Assembly (NCBI GenBank): GCA_040264895.1
Contig: JBDQHL010000005.1
Span: 1-50,916 of the forward strand
Length of the DNA: 50,916 nucleotides
DNA from: Bacteroidota bacterium
GTDB lineage: Bacteria > Bacteroidota > Ignavibacteria > Kapaibacteriales > UBA2268
Direction of reading: 5' to 3'
Each line of letters opens with the position of its first letter. The first letter of the stretch is position 1. This document shows positions 9,261 to 18,867 of this stretch, in pieces. The notes beneath the pieces are model-generated. The model saw nothing but the letters and a program-made list of their open reading frames with translations. It had not been told where the DNA came from and searched no databases. Made by a program: the position numbers and the translations under genes.

Positions 9261-11097
9261 TATTGACTTTAAAAATTACCTGCTCAGTGACGAAGCTGAG
9301 AAAGGGGGACTAAGAAAAAGATCTGAAATAGATGAAAAATACACTTGGAACCTGCTCGATATATATAACTCAGAAGATGATTGGGAAGCAGACTACAAGA
9401 GTATAGCATCGAGTATAGAAGAATATAAAAAATACGAGGGGAAGATAGGAGAATCTTCCTCTTCGCTTTTGAATTTATTGAAGTTCGACGAAGAAGTAGG
9501 CACTAAGTACGACCGCTTGCACCTCTACTCATTCCTTTCAAAGGATTTGGACTTGGCTAATACCAAGTACCAATCAATGGCTGGACGATTGCAAACACTT
9601 GGCGTTAAGTTAAGCCGTGCAACTGCATTCATCAGACCAGAGCTAATAGCTATCGGTCACGATAAGATTAAGCAGTATATGAGTGAGTCGGAAGAGCTAA
9701 AAACTTACGAGCATTATTTCAACAATATGTTCCGTACTGCTGAGCACTCACTGGACAAAGAGAAAGAGGAAATTCTTTCTCAGACAATCCAGATGAGACA
9801 CAACCCTTACCAAACATTCAGCTATTTTAAGAATGCGGATATAAAGTACCCCACAACTACGAATAGCGATGGTGAGGAAGTGCAAATAAGCGAAGGGCGA
9901 TATTACTCAGCACTATTCGACAAAGACAGAAGCTACAGAGAGAGAGTTTACAAGGGTTACTACAGCCCTATCATAGAGCACAGAAACACAATCGGCTCCC
10001 TATTCAATGGGAACATTCAAGCTCAGATATTCGGTAGCAGAGTAAGAAAATACAAATCAACTAGAGAAGCAGCATTGAAGCCAAACAATATACCTTTGGA
10101 AGTATATGACAACTTGGTGAACGCTGTGAATGACAACTTACAGCCGCTACACAGATGGGCTGCAATCAAGAAAAAGCAACTCGGAGTTGACAAGCTCCAC
10201 CCTTATGACAGCTATGTATCTATATTCGAATCTGACGATAGAAAGTATAGCTATGACGAAGGTGTGGACATTACTCGCAAATCGTTAGAAGTATTAGGTG
10301 ATGAGTATCTGGAAGCACTTGACAAGGCGTTCGACAACCGTTGGATTGATGTATATGAAACCAAAGGAAAGCGTGGCGGCGCGTACTCATCGGGTACGAG
10401 CTATGGCGTGCATCCCTATGTATTGCTCAACTGGAATGATCAGATGAACGATGTATCAACCCTGACTCACGAGATGGGACACAATATGCACTCCTATTTC
10501 ACAGAGCAAACGCAGCCGTATGTTTATGCTGATTACCCAATATTCTTAGCAGAAGTAGCTTCCATTACTAACGAAGCATTGCTAATGGAATATCTGATAG
10601 CAAATTCGAAGACGAAATTAGAGAAGCTGAACCTAATTCAGATGTATCTGAACAAGATTGTGACTACGTTCTACAGACAAACAAGGTTTGCTGAGTATGA
10701 GCAATTGGTGCACGAGAAAACTGAAGCAGGCGAATCGCTAACTCCAGATGATCTGTGTAAGCTATATTCCGATATGTATCAGAAGTATTGGGGGCCAGAT
10801 ATGGAAGTAGATGAAGAGGAATCATACACTTGGGCAAGAGTGCCGCACTTCTACTATGGATTCTATGTTTACCAATACGCAACTGGTCTGGCAGCAGCCG
10901 AGCTGGTAGCCAAGAACGTAAAAGAGAAAGGCAAAGACGGCGTGGATATGCTAATGCAATTCCTGAAAGCTGGAAAGTCTAAATACGCAATAGATGTGCT
11001 TAAAGATGCAGGCGTAGATATGACCAAGCCAGAGCCAGTAAATGCAGTAATTGACACTATGAACAGACTCTTAGACGAGTTAGAAGCAGAGTTGTAA
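9250..11097 (+). CDS. pepF: Oligoendopeptidase F (peptidase M3B)
   Basis: YTWNLLDIY, GKRGGAYS, HPYVLLN, zinc motif HEMGHNMH, AEVAS, PHFYYGFYVYQYA. Confidence 0.95.
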   Translation: MNHNIDFKNYLLSDEAEKGGLRKRSEIDEKYTWNLLDIYNSEDDWEADYKSIASSIEEYKKYEGKIGESSSSLLNLLKFDEEVGTKYDRLHLYSFLSKDLDLANTKYQSMAGRLQTLGVKLSRATAFIRPELIAIGHDKIKQYMSESEELKTYEHYFNNMFRTAEHSLDKEKEEILSQTIQMRHNPYQTFSYFKNADIKYPTTTNSDGEEVQISEGRYYSALFDKDRSYRERVYKGYYSPIIEHRNTIGSLFNGNIQAQIFGSRVRKYKSTREAALKPNNIPLEVYDNLVNAVNDNLQPLHRWAAIKKKQLGVDKLHPYDSYVSIFESDDRKYSYDEGVDITRKSLEVLGDEYLEALDKAFDNRWIDVYETKGKRGGAYSSGTSYGVHPYVLLNWNDQMNDVSTLTHEMGHNMHSYFTEQTQPYVYADYPIFLAEVASITNEALLMEYLIANSKTKLEKLNLIQMYLNKIVTTFYRQTRFAEYEQLVHEKTEAGESLTPDDLCKLYSDMYQKYWGPDMEVDEEESYTWARVPHFYYGFYVYQYATGLAAAELVAKNVKEKGKDGVDMLMQFLKAGKSKYAIDVLKDAGVDMTKPEPVNAVIDTMNRLLDELEAEL

Positions 11098-11124
11098 GAC
11101 AATTACATTCCCCTCTTTTTTTAA

Positions 11125-11167
11125 GCAGCCGAAGTAGAACTAATTGTTCTTTTCGGCTGTTTTTTTT
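11125..11167 (+). terminator. Rho-independent terminator after pepF
   Basis: Stem CAGCCGAA/TTCGGCTG with inner AGAAC/GTTCT, followed by a T run. Confidence 0.85.
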
Positions 11168-11198
11168 ATTATTAGCAGCTATTATTCTAAATTAGAGA

Positions 11199-11399
11199 AT
11201 GATACTAAATAAGAAATTACGAAACGGGATTCTACCAGCACTATTATCTACTATAATGTTGGTCTATATTTTAGATTATGACAGAGAAGTGTATTTCGAA
11301 CCATTGAATTTAGTACTTATTCTCAATTATTTGATAATTATGTCAATGCTGTTTTATAAAATTCAAGACTTTACTAGCCAAAATTCTGATGATTCGTAG
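11199..11399 (+). CDS. Small hypothetical membrane protein (2 hydrophobic segments)
   Basis: 66-aa ORF that fills the gap after the terminator; two hydrophobic stretches; no recognised family. Confidence 0.5.
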   Translation: MILNKKLRNGILPALLSTIMLVYILDYDREVYFEPLNLVLILNYLIIMSMLFYKIQDFTSQNSDDS

Positions 11400-11402
11400 T
11401 AA

Positions 11403-12377
11403 TTAATAGATTTAGTAAAGACAAAATTATTAGAAAATAAATTAGTGAAAATTGGCTCATGGGAATATGGACTATCGTCTAAGTATTCTCTAAAATATTC
11501 TTCTCTGGACACCCCATCTAAGTATAATTTCACTATAACCAAGCAGAATGTTTATGATGCATATCGTAATAAAAAAGCAAGACCTTCAGGTGCTTTTCAA
11601 AAAGACATGGAAGATGTAGTTGATTTTATGAAAAGTCAGTTCAACCTAAATAATTATGAAGAGAATTCAATAATAAAAAAGGCTACAAGCCAAAATTTTG
11701 TACTCATTATTGATGAAATAAATAGAGGGAATGTCTCGCAGATATTCGGTGAATTAATCACCCTTATTGAAGACGACAAAAGGTTAGGCAATCCTGAAGC
11801 GATTCAAGTACAATTGCCATATAGCAAAGATTGGTTTGGAGTACCTCCAAACGTCCACATTATAGGCACAATGAATACAGCTGACAGAAGTGTTGAGGCA
11901 TTGGATACAGCACTTAGAAGAAGATTCAGTTTTACTGAAATGCCCCCAAAATCAGAATTGATCAAAACGGAGGGTAAAACAGAAAATGGCATTGTTAGTG
12001 GCATTGACCTTTCAGCACTTCTAGAAACCATTAATAAACGAATTGAGAAGTTATTAGACAAAGACCACATGATTGGTCATAGTTACTTCTTATCGGTTAA
12101 GGACTTAATGGACTTGAAATCAGCTTTCCAAAATAAGATAGTACCGCTTCTGCAAGAATATTTCTTTGGTGATTATGGCAAAATTGGGTTGATTATCGGC
12201 TCAAAGTTCTTTGTCATTAAAGATAATCAAGTAGACGAAGACTTCTTCGCTCCATTTGAAGATTACGATAGCAGCCCATTAATTGAAAGAAAAGTTTATC
12301 ACCTAAAAAACATCCAAGACATGAGTGATGACCTTTTTGTAGAAGCATTGAATGAGTTACAACGCAAAATCAACTAA
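11403..12377 (+). pseudogene. mcrB: 5'-truncated McrB-family AAA+ GTPase
   Basis: Walker B FVLIIDEINRGN, McrB signature GTMNTADRS, ALRRRF, IGHSYF and PLLQEYF are present. No Walker A or DNA-binding domain; in-frame TAA at 11400-11402. Confidence 0.8.
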
Positions 12378-13658
12378 TTGAGCAAGGCAAATAAACATAT
12401 TACAGTATTTGAACACGAGAAACTTCGTACAGACCGAGGTGAGCAACGGCTTACAAATGGTCAGTTAAAAGCTCTGCAATTGTTCTATGGTGAAAATGGA
12501 GTTCCTTATTACTCCTTGATTCATCATGGAGTTCGTTTTAATGAATTTGTCGGTGTTCTTCAAGTAGGGAAAACGGTTATTGAAGTACTGCCTAAAACTG
12601 ATAGATCCAATGACACAGACAGGTGGAGAAACGTCTTAATTAACATGCTGCATTCGGTAGGCATATTCGATATTCATGCTCCGAGTAATAGTATTTTAAG
12701 ATTACGTTCAAACTCTATTCTTGACCTTTACTTCGAGCTCTTCATCAAAGAAGTAGAATACCTGATGCATAGAGGATTAGTGAAGAAATACCGAAAAACA
12801 GAAGGAAATAGAACCGCCTTAAAAGGTAGCATTCAGTTTCCCAAGCACATAAGTCAAAACTTAGTTCATCAAGAACGGTTTTATGTAAGACATACCACAT
12901 ACGACAAAGAGCACGATATACATGCTATAATATACAAAGCCTTGAAGTTATTGATTTATATCAATACCAAAGTACAATTGAATAGCAGACTGGGAGCTTT
13001 GCTCTTGGACTTTCCAGAACTGTACGACATAAAAATAACGGAAGTTCTATTTGATAAAATAGCTTTTGACCGTAAAACGGAATCATACAGAAATGCAATT
13101 GAAATAGCCAAACTTATTCTTCTCAATTATCATCCCGATGTAAACAGAGGAACCAATAATGTATTGGCATTGATGTTTGATATGAATTTGCTATGGGAGC
13201 AGTTTGTGTATGTAAGTTTGCGAAAGTACAAAGCAAGTAACACAACTATTGCAGCTCAAAACACTAAGAACTTTTGGAAGCCATCATCAGGCAATCGCAG
13301 TAAAATGAAGCCAGACATTGTTCTAAATAAAGGAAAGGAAGATTGTGTAGTGCTTGATACTAAATGGAAAAACTTAAACGGATATAATCCTTCACCGGAT
13401 GATTTGAGGCAAATGTTTGTGTACATGAAATACTATGGAGCAAAGAAGGTTGCTCTAATATATCCCGGAACAGAAAACAAAAACCAATCCTGACAATATT
13501 ATGACCATAGATCTCAAGAATCAATGGATTTGAGCAATGAAGAATGTAGTGTTATATCCATTGAAGTAGAAAGAAAAGTGAAAGCATGGCAAAAAAAAAT
13601 ACATGATAATATTAACTTATGGGGAAAAAATACGACTGACATACAAAAAGGTGTATAA
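12378..13658 (+). pseudogene. mcrC: McrC-family restriction nuclease subunit with a probable premature TGA near the C-terminus
   Basis: [28 protein letters not shown] and [10 protein letters not shown]-(D/E)xK motifs. The frame stays open for 54 more codons after TGA 13491-13493, to TAA 13656-13658. Confidence 0.7.
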
Positions 13659-13706
13659 TCTATTACAATTAGTGGTACTAAGACACCTTATACAGAAAGT
13701 TACCCC
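13639..13706. repeat. Imperfect palindrome resembling a degenerate attC-like cassette site
   Basis: CATACAAAAAGGTGTATAA-TCTATTAC..GTACTAAGA-CACC-TTATAC-AGAAA-GTTACCC, with inverted pairs GTATAA/TTATAC and AAGGTGT/ACACCTT. Confidence 0.35.
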
Positions 13707-13710
13707 CAAC

Positions 13711-14334
13711 CTAAAACAACCCCCTAACCCGATTCTCATACTTAACTAAGAAGCTATTGCGGTGGATTGGGCATTTGCCGTGCTTGTCTATTGCGGTGAA
13801 GTGCTTTTTGCTACCATAGCCCTTGTGGGTGTCGAATCCATATTGGGGGTATTCTGTGTGGTAATCTATCATCATTCTGTCCCTTGTCACTTTTGCAATT
13901 ATCGATGCGGCAGCTATTGACATTGACTTCTGGTCACCTTTTATTATGGTTTGGTAGTTAGGGTATTTGAGTGATTTGAATCTGTTCCCATCTATTAGTA
14001 GGAAGTCGGGCTTGCTCTTCAGCTCGTCGGCAGCCAGCTCCATTGCCATATATGTAGCGTTTAGTATATTAATCTCGTCTATTTTCTTGTGGTCCACTAC
14101 CCCCACTCCGTAAGAAATATCATCACTATTTGTAATAATATCAAACAGCTCATCTTTCACCTTGTCCGATAGTTTCTTGGAGTCATTGAGTTGTGGTATA
14201 TCGAATTGATTGCGGAACACAACTGCGGCAGCTACCACTGGCCCTGCTAGCGGCCCTCGCCCTGCCTCATCTATCCCAGCTATGCAGGAGTATTCTGTTA
14301 GTGCGTTTTCATATTCGAAATTGGGTAAACCCAT
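13711..14334 (-). CDS. rnhB: Ribonuclease HII
   Basis: AGIDEAGRGPLAGPV, LNDSKKLS, IDGN, KGD, AAASIIAKVTRD, HKGYG; ATG at 14334 preferred as start. Confidence 0.97.
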   Translation of the reverse strand: MGLPNFEYENALTEYSCIAGIDEAGRGPLAGPVVAAAVVFRNQFDIPQLNDSKKLSDKVKDELFDIITNSDDISYGVGVVDHKKIDEINILNATYMAMELAADELKSKPDFLLIDGNRFKSLKYPNYQTIIKGDQKSMSIAAASIIAKVTRDRMMIDYHTEYPQYGFDTHKGYGSKKHFTAIDKHGKCPIHRNSFLVKYENRVRGLF

Positions 14335-14335
14335 C

Positions 14336-14968
14336 CTAATCAATCAGACGCATGAATTCCTGGCGTAGGTTCATATCAGTGAGCAATCTTCCTCTCAGAA
14401 CTGAGGTCGCCATCTCTGAGTGGCTCTCATCTGCTGATACCCCGCGAGCAATCATACAATAGTGTCTTGCTTTGATTACTACTCCCAATGCCTTTGGCTT
14501 TAGCAAGTCTTCTAAGAAGTCAGCTATTTGCTCGCCGAGTTCCTCTTGTATTTGCCCCCTACGCGCAAAATGCTCGGTTATTCTTGTTAATTTTGACAAG
14601 CCGATTACATTCTCGTTAGGGATATAGCCAATAGCAGCATAACCAGAAATGGGTTGCCAGTGGTGCGAGCATAGTGACATTACTTTTATCCCTTTCGAAA
14701 TAACTAGCTCATTGACCTTTGACCTATTTGGAAATACGGTAAGGTTAGGTGGCTCGTTGAATCTTCCTTTCAGAAGCTCATCTACATACATTTTAGCCAT
14801 TCTTCTTGGAGTATCAGTCGAATTTGGGTCTTCTGAGTCGATTTTCAAAATGCCTTGTATTTCTCTGAACTTCACTTCAAGTTCATCTCTCATTCTACTT
14901 TGTTCATCTATTGATAATGGTTTATTACCATTGGCATCGAAGACATCATTCATTAATTCATTGCTCAT
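14336..14968 (-). CDS. folE: GTP cyclohydrolase I
   Basis: DTPRRMAKMY, SLCSHH, GLSKLTR, RGQIQE, HYCMIARGV; ATG at 14968 preferred as start. Confidence 0.95.
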   Translation of the reverse strand: MSNELMNDVFDANGNKPLSIDEQSRMRDELEVKFREIQGILKIDSEDPNSTDTPRRMAKMYVDELLKGRFNEPPNLTVFPNRSKVNELVISKGIKVMSLCSHHWQPISGYAAIGYIPNENVIGLSKLTRITEHFARRGQIQEELGEQIADFLEDLLKPKALGVVIKARHYCMIARGVSADESHSEMATSVLRGRLLTDMNLRQEFMRLID

Positions 14969-14972
14969 TTGC

Positions 14973-15404
14973 TTACCCAAATTTCTTTATATCTATTTCA
15001 TCGCCGTAGTATTCAACCCACGAATCTGGAGTCTCATTTAGCTTAATTTTATAAAGTTCACCATTTGTAATCTCTGGTTTCAATATTCTCCAAATTAAGA
15101 CAGCAATATGTTCTACAGTTGGAATTATTCCTTCAAGAAAATCAACATCCATATTCAGATGCTTATGGTCTAACTTTGAAACAACCTTATCTTTAAGTAT
15201 CATTTTTAGTTTTTTCAAATCAATCACATATCCAGTTTCTGGGTCAGGCGTTCCCCTTACAGTAACTTCCAATATATAATTATGTCCGTGTCCATTGGGG
15301 TTATTACATTTATCAAACACTTCTTCGTTTTTATCAAAATCCCATTCTGGGTTGAATAATCTGTGTGAAGCGCTGAAATCTACTCTTTTGGTAATTTGTA
15401 TCAT
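14973..15404 (-). CDS. 6-pyruvoyl-tetrahydropterin synthase family protein (QueD/PTPS; PTPS-II-type Cx5HGH motif)
   Basis: FSASHRL, KCNNPNGHGHNY, LDHKHLN, ETPDS. Confidence 0.9.
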   Translation of the reverse strand: MIQITKRVDFSASHRLFNPEWDFDKNEEVFDKCNNPNGHGHNYILEVTVRGTPDPETGYVIDLKKLKMILKDKVVSKLDHKHLNMDVDFLEGIIPTVEHIAVLIWRILKPEITNGELYKIKLNETPDSWVEYYGDEIDIKKFG

Positions 15405-15450
15405 TTATTAACCTTATTCGTTTTTTCAAGTATTACGGATATACTATATT

Positions 15451-15458
15451 TATATTTG
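15451..15458 (+). promoter_or_regulatory. Bacteroidota-type -7 promoter box
   Basis: TATATTTG upstream of the DUF4292-lptD pair. Confidence 0.5.
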
Positions 15459-15494
15459 TAAATTAGATTGTATAAATTAAACAAAATTATAAAA

Positions 15495-16244
15495 ATGAAA
15501 AAACTGACCTATTCTTTAATAATACTCTCTATATTTTGGGGATGTAGCAGCGTAAAAAAGTCTAATAAAATATTAGATACTAAATTTACTGAACTAAGCT
15601 CAACCACAAGTAACAACCTAGAGCTATCAGGTAAAATAGAAATAGATGTCGATGGACAAAACTTCAACTTGAACACTGTTATTTATTCTTCAAAATCTGA
15701 TTCAGTTCTGATGGTATTGAAAGCATTTATGGGAATACCAGCAGCTAAGGTCTTCATAACTCCTGGAAGTTTTAAAGCATATAACGCTCTGGAAAACAAG
15801 GCTTTCTATGGAGTTCCTACAAAAGAGAATATTGAAAAAGCAGTCAACATTGGTTTTTCTTACAAAGACATAGTCTCATTACTAAGGAATCAGCCAAACT
15901 CTATCGATGGGTATGAATTGAATGAAGGTGAATCTACGGGTAATGAACTGCTTTACTATAGAAATTTCAAAGGTGAATATATAGAGTATATAAAATTCAA
16001 TTTAGATGGAAAGTATATATCGCAATACCAACAAAAATCTGCTGAGAATGAACTGTTACTCAATGTGTTTTTCGAAGAACCTATTAAAGTTGGAAATCGA
16101 AATATGCCTAGTTTAGTGACAGCTCTTATTGCTAAAAATGAAGGGAAAGTGAAATTCAATTTCAGTGAAATTAAAGTAGTTGAAGAATTTGGAACAGCGT
16201 TTGATTTCTCAATACCTAGTAACGTAACCAAAATAGAATTATAA
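15495..16244 (+). CDS. DUF4292-like lipoprotein (LolA/LolB-like fold)
   Basis: ATG at 15495 gives MKKLTYSLIILSIFWGC (lipobox); DSVLMVLKAFMGIPAAKVFITP and C-terminal FDFSIPSN. Confidence 0.7.
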   Translation: MKKLTYSLIILSIFWGCSSVKKSNKILDTKFTELSSTTSNNLELSGKIEIDVDGQNFNLNTVIYSSKSDSVLMVLKAFMGIPAAKVFITPGSFKAYNALENKAFYGVPTKENIEKAVNIGFSYKDIVSLLRNQPNSIDGYELNEGESTGNELLYYRNFKGEYIEYIKFNLDGKYISQYQQKSAENELLLNVFFEEPIKVGNRNMPSLVTALIAKNEGKVKFNFSEIKVVEEFGTAFDFSIPSNVTKIEL

Positions 16245-16248
16245 AAAT

Positions 16249-18864
16249 TTGTATCAGACTGATAAAAAGATATTATATATAATTGTATTCACAATTGTAA
16301 TATGTGTAATTAATTCGCATACAGTTTTCTCTATGCAGTCTGACAGTCTCCAACTAGAACCAGTTCCCATTGATACATTGTCCGAATCATCAGAGCCTGA
16401 CAGTGTAGAAGTATTAGATATGAATCTGCAATCTGACTTGGAGCAGAAGGTAGTTTACTCTGCAAAGGACAGTGCTATTTTCATGCCTGGTATTAGCATG
16501 CTGCGACTAAAAGGAGATGCAAAAGTAGACTATGGTGTAGATAAGTTGGAAGCCGAATTAATAATTTTTGATATGGGTGCTTCTAACTTAGATGCTATGG
16601 CTGTGAAGGATTCTAATGGTAGATATTATGGTTTTCCTAAATATAATCAACAAGAGAATGAATATTTTGCTAAACGGTTAACATTTAACTTCAAAACAAA
16701 GAAGGGTGTCATAAGCTCTGGAGAAACGGAGTTAACAGAGGGTTTTTATTTTGGCGAAAAAATAAAGAGGATAAACGAAGAAGACATATTCATTCAAGAT
16801 GGTTTCTACACGACTTGCGATGCCCCAAAGCCGCACTATTACTTTGGTTCCCCAGAAATGAAAATTGCAGGTAAAGAGAAAGTCTTTATTGATCCTTTGA
16901 TTTTTTATGTGGAGGACATTCCGGTATTTATTTATCCATTTGGTGTGTTCTTTCCAAATAAAGGTGGTCGTCAATCTGGTCTTATGGTTCCAGCATTTGC
17001 GTTTTCAGCAGGGAGGGGAATTATATTTGATGATTTAGGATTCTATTGGGCGACTTCAGAATATTTTGATATGCAGTTTACAACTGACTTTTATTCAAAA
17101 GGGGGGTATCTTTTGGGAACAAGCGCTAGGTGGAATGTAACAGATGAGTATAGTGGAAATGCAAGCATGGAATATGGTAAAACACGTTTCAACACAGATG
17201 AGAACTATGTTACCGCTTGGAGATTCACTCTTGATCATAAACAGAACTTGACTCCGTATCAGAATTTGAGTGCTAATCTTAATTTCTCTTCTTCTGATTT
17301 CAATAGGAACACAACTGCAAACCTAAATGATAGGATTACACAATCAATAACTTCCAACGCTTCTTATAGTGTATCTTTTGACAATGGGTCTAACTTATCT
17401 GCTGGCTACAATAGAGAGCAGAATATCATTACAAATGAACATGTTCAAAACATACCGGTAACATATAGCATTCCTAACTTGACTTTGTTTAAAATGTTTG
17501 ACAAAGATGTTACTTTCAGAAATTCGAGTCAGCTGAATTATACTCAACAGAAAAGACAAAATATATCGGTGGATGAAACTGAAATAGATACAAATTTCAC
17601 TAATGAAGAAAGAAAGTACTTGAGCCATTCGCCATCAATTACTTTTAGTTTACCGAGAATTTTTAATTTTAACATAACACCCAGTTTCAACTTTGGAGTA
17701 AACAACTATTTTCGTAAAATGACTCAGACTTATAATAATGAAACTGATGAAGTAGAACGAAGTTTTGAAAAAGGGTTTTTCTCAGAATATTACTACAACT
17801 ATGGTGTGAGTGTACAGACGAGATTATATGGCATTATGAATTTCGGAGAATCTGGATTAAAAGCATTCAGACATACTTTTGAGCCGACAGTTAGCTATAG
17901 AATCAACCCTGATTTTTCAGGTGGTAATTATGACTTTTATGACTCATACTATAATGATGAGTTGGACAGAGAAATAACATATAACAGATTTGAGGCCGAT
18001 GGTGGCAGACACGCATCATCGAGTTTACAACAAAATATTGGTATTAACTTAGTCAACCGTTTTGAAGCTAAAGTTTCTTCGGATAGTGTAGATAAAAATC
18101 TGGAACTATTGCAGTTCAACTTAAATACAAACTACAACGCAGCTGCGGATTCTTTGAACTGGAGCGATGTTAGTACTTCATTTCGTACACCGGCTGTTAG
18201 TTTTGTCAGCTTTTCTGGGAACGCAAACTTCACACTTTATGATGAGGCTGAAATCATAAATGCTGAGAATGAAGTAGTTGGTTATGAAAAAATAAATACA
18301 TTTTTATTAGAGAACAATAAAGTAATAGCAAGGCTAACGAACTTAAATCTGTCACTAACAACTAGTTTCAATGCAGATGGCATAGAAGTTGCCGATAGTT
18401 TTGGACAAGATGAAGAAGAAATTGATTCAACTGAGAACGAAAGCTCACTAGGAGACAGGTTTTCGAGAAGAATCAATCTTAATAATGATGAAAGAAATCT
18501 ATTTGGTGAATGTAACCCTGGGTATCAACCAATAAGTATACCTTGGTCTGTGAATCTTGGAATTAACTTCCGTTATTCACAACCATTTGAAAATAGAATT
18601 GACAGAAGCTTAAACTTAAATTTAGGATTACGCTTCCAACTAACTGAAACTTGGAGATTTGATGCCAATGGGCTGTATGATCTGATAGACCAAGATTTGG
18701 AAAATACGAGTTTGAACATAACTAAGGATATGCATTGTTGGGATTTATCTGTTCGATGGTATCCGACGGGAATTAATCAAGGGTTTTATTTAAGATTTGG
18801 TATTAAAGCATCACAATTACGTGACTTAAAACTAGAGAAAAGAGATAACCCTATATTTAGATAG
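16249..18864 (+). CDS. lptD: Putative LPS-assembly outer-membrane protein LptD (Bacteroidota/Chlorobi type)
   Basis: VVYSAKDS, YTTCDAPKPHY, RQSGLMVP, TKDMHCWDL, KASQLRDLK; exact start uncertain. Confidence 0.88.
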   Translation: MYQTDKKILYIIVFTIVICVINSHTVFSMQSDSLQLEPVPIDTLSESSEPDSVEVLDMNLQSDLEQKVVYSAKDSAIFMPGISMLRLKGDAKVDYGVDKLEAELIIFDMGASNLDAMAVKDSNGRYYGFPKYNQQENEYFAKRLTFNFKTKKGVISSGETELTEGFYFGEKIKRINEEDIFIQDGFYTTCDAPKPHYYFGSPEMKIAGKEKVFIDPLIFYVEDIPVFIYPFGVFFPNKGGRQSGLMVPAFAFSAGRGIIFDDLGFYWATSEYFDMQFTTDFYSKGGYLLGTSARWNVTDEYSGNASMEYGKTRFNTDENYVTAWRFTLDHKQNLTPYQNLSANLNFSSSDFNRNTTANLNDRITQSITSNASYSVSFDNGSNLSAGYNREQNIITNEHVQNIPVTYSIPNLTLFKMFDKDVTFRNSSQLNYTQQKRQNISVDETEIDTNFTNEERKYLSHSPSITFSLPRIFNFNITPSFNFGVNNYFRKMTQTYNNETDEVERSFEKGFFSEYYYNYGVSVQTRLYGIMNFGESGLKAFRHTFEPTVSYRINPDFSGGNYDFYDSYYNDELDREITYNRFEADGGRHASSSLQQNIGINLVNRFEAKVSSDSVDKNLELLQFNLNTNYNAAADSLNWSDVSTSFRTPAVSFVSFSGNANFTLYDEAEIINAENEVVGYEKINTFLLENNKVIARLTNLNLSLTTSFNADGIEVADSFGQDEEEIDSTENESSLGDRFSRRINLNNDERNLFGECNPGYQPISIPWSVNLGINFRYSQPFENRIDRSLNLNLGLRFQLTETWRFDANGLYDLIDQDLENTSLNITKDMHCWDLSVRWYPTGINQGFYLRFGIKASQLRDLKLEKRDNPIFR

Positions 18865-18867
18865 AAT

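Noticed and set aside
13591-13599. A9 tract as a phase-variation switch
   Set aside because: It is in frame, lies downstream of the nonsense codon, and such runs are expected in AT-rich DNA
11403-13658. Functional or novel McrBC-like defence system
   Set aside because: McrB lacks Walker A and a specificity domain, and McrC is truncated; best read as a remnant
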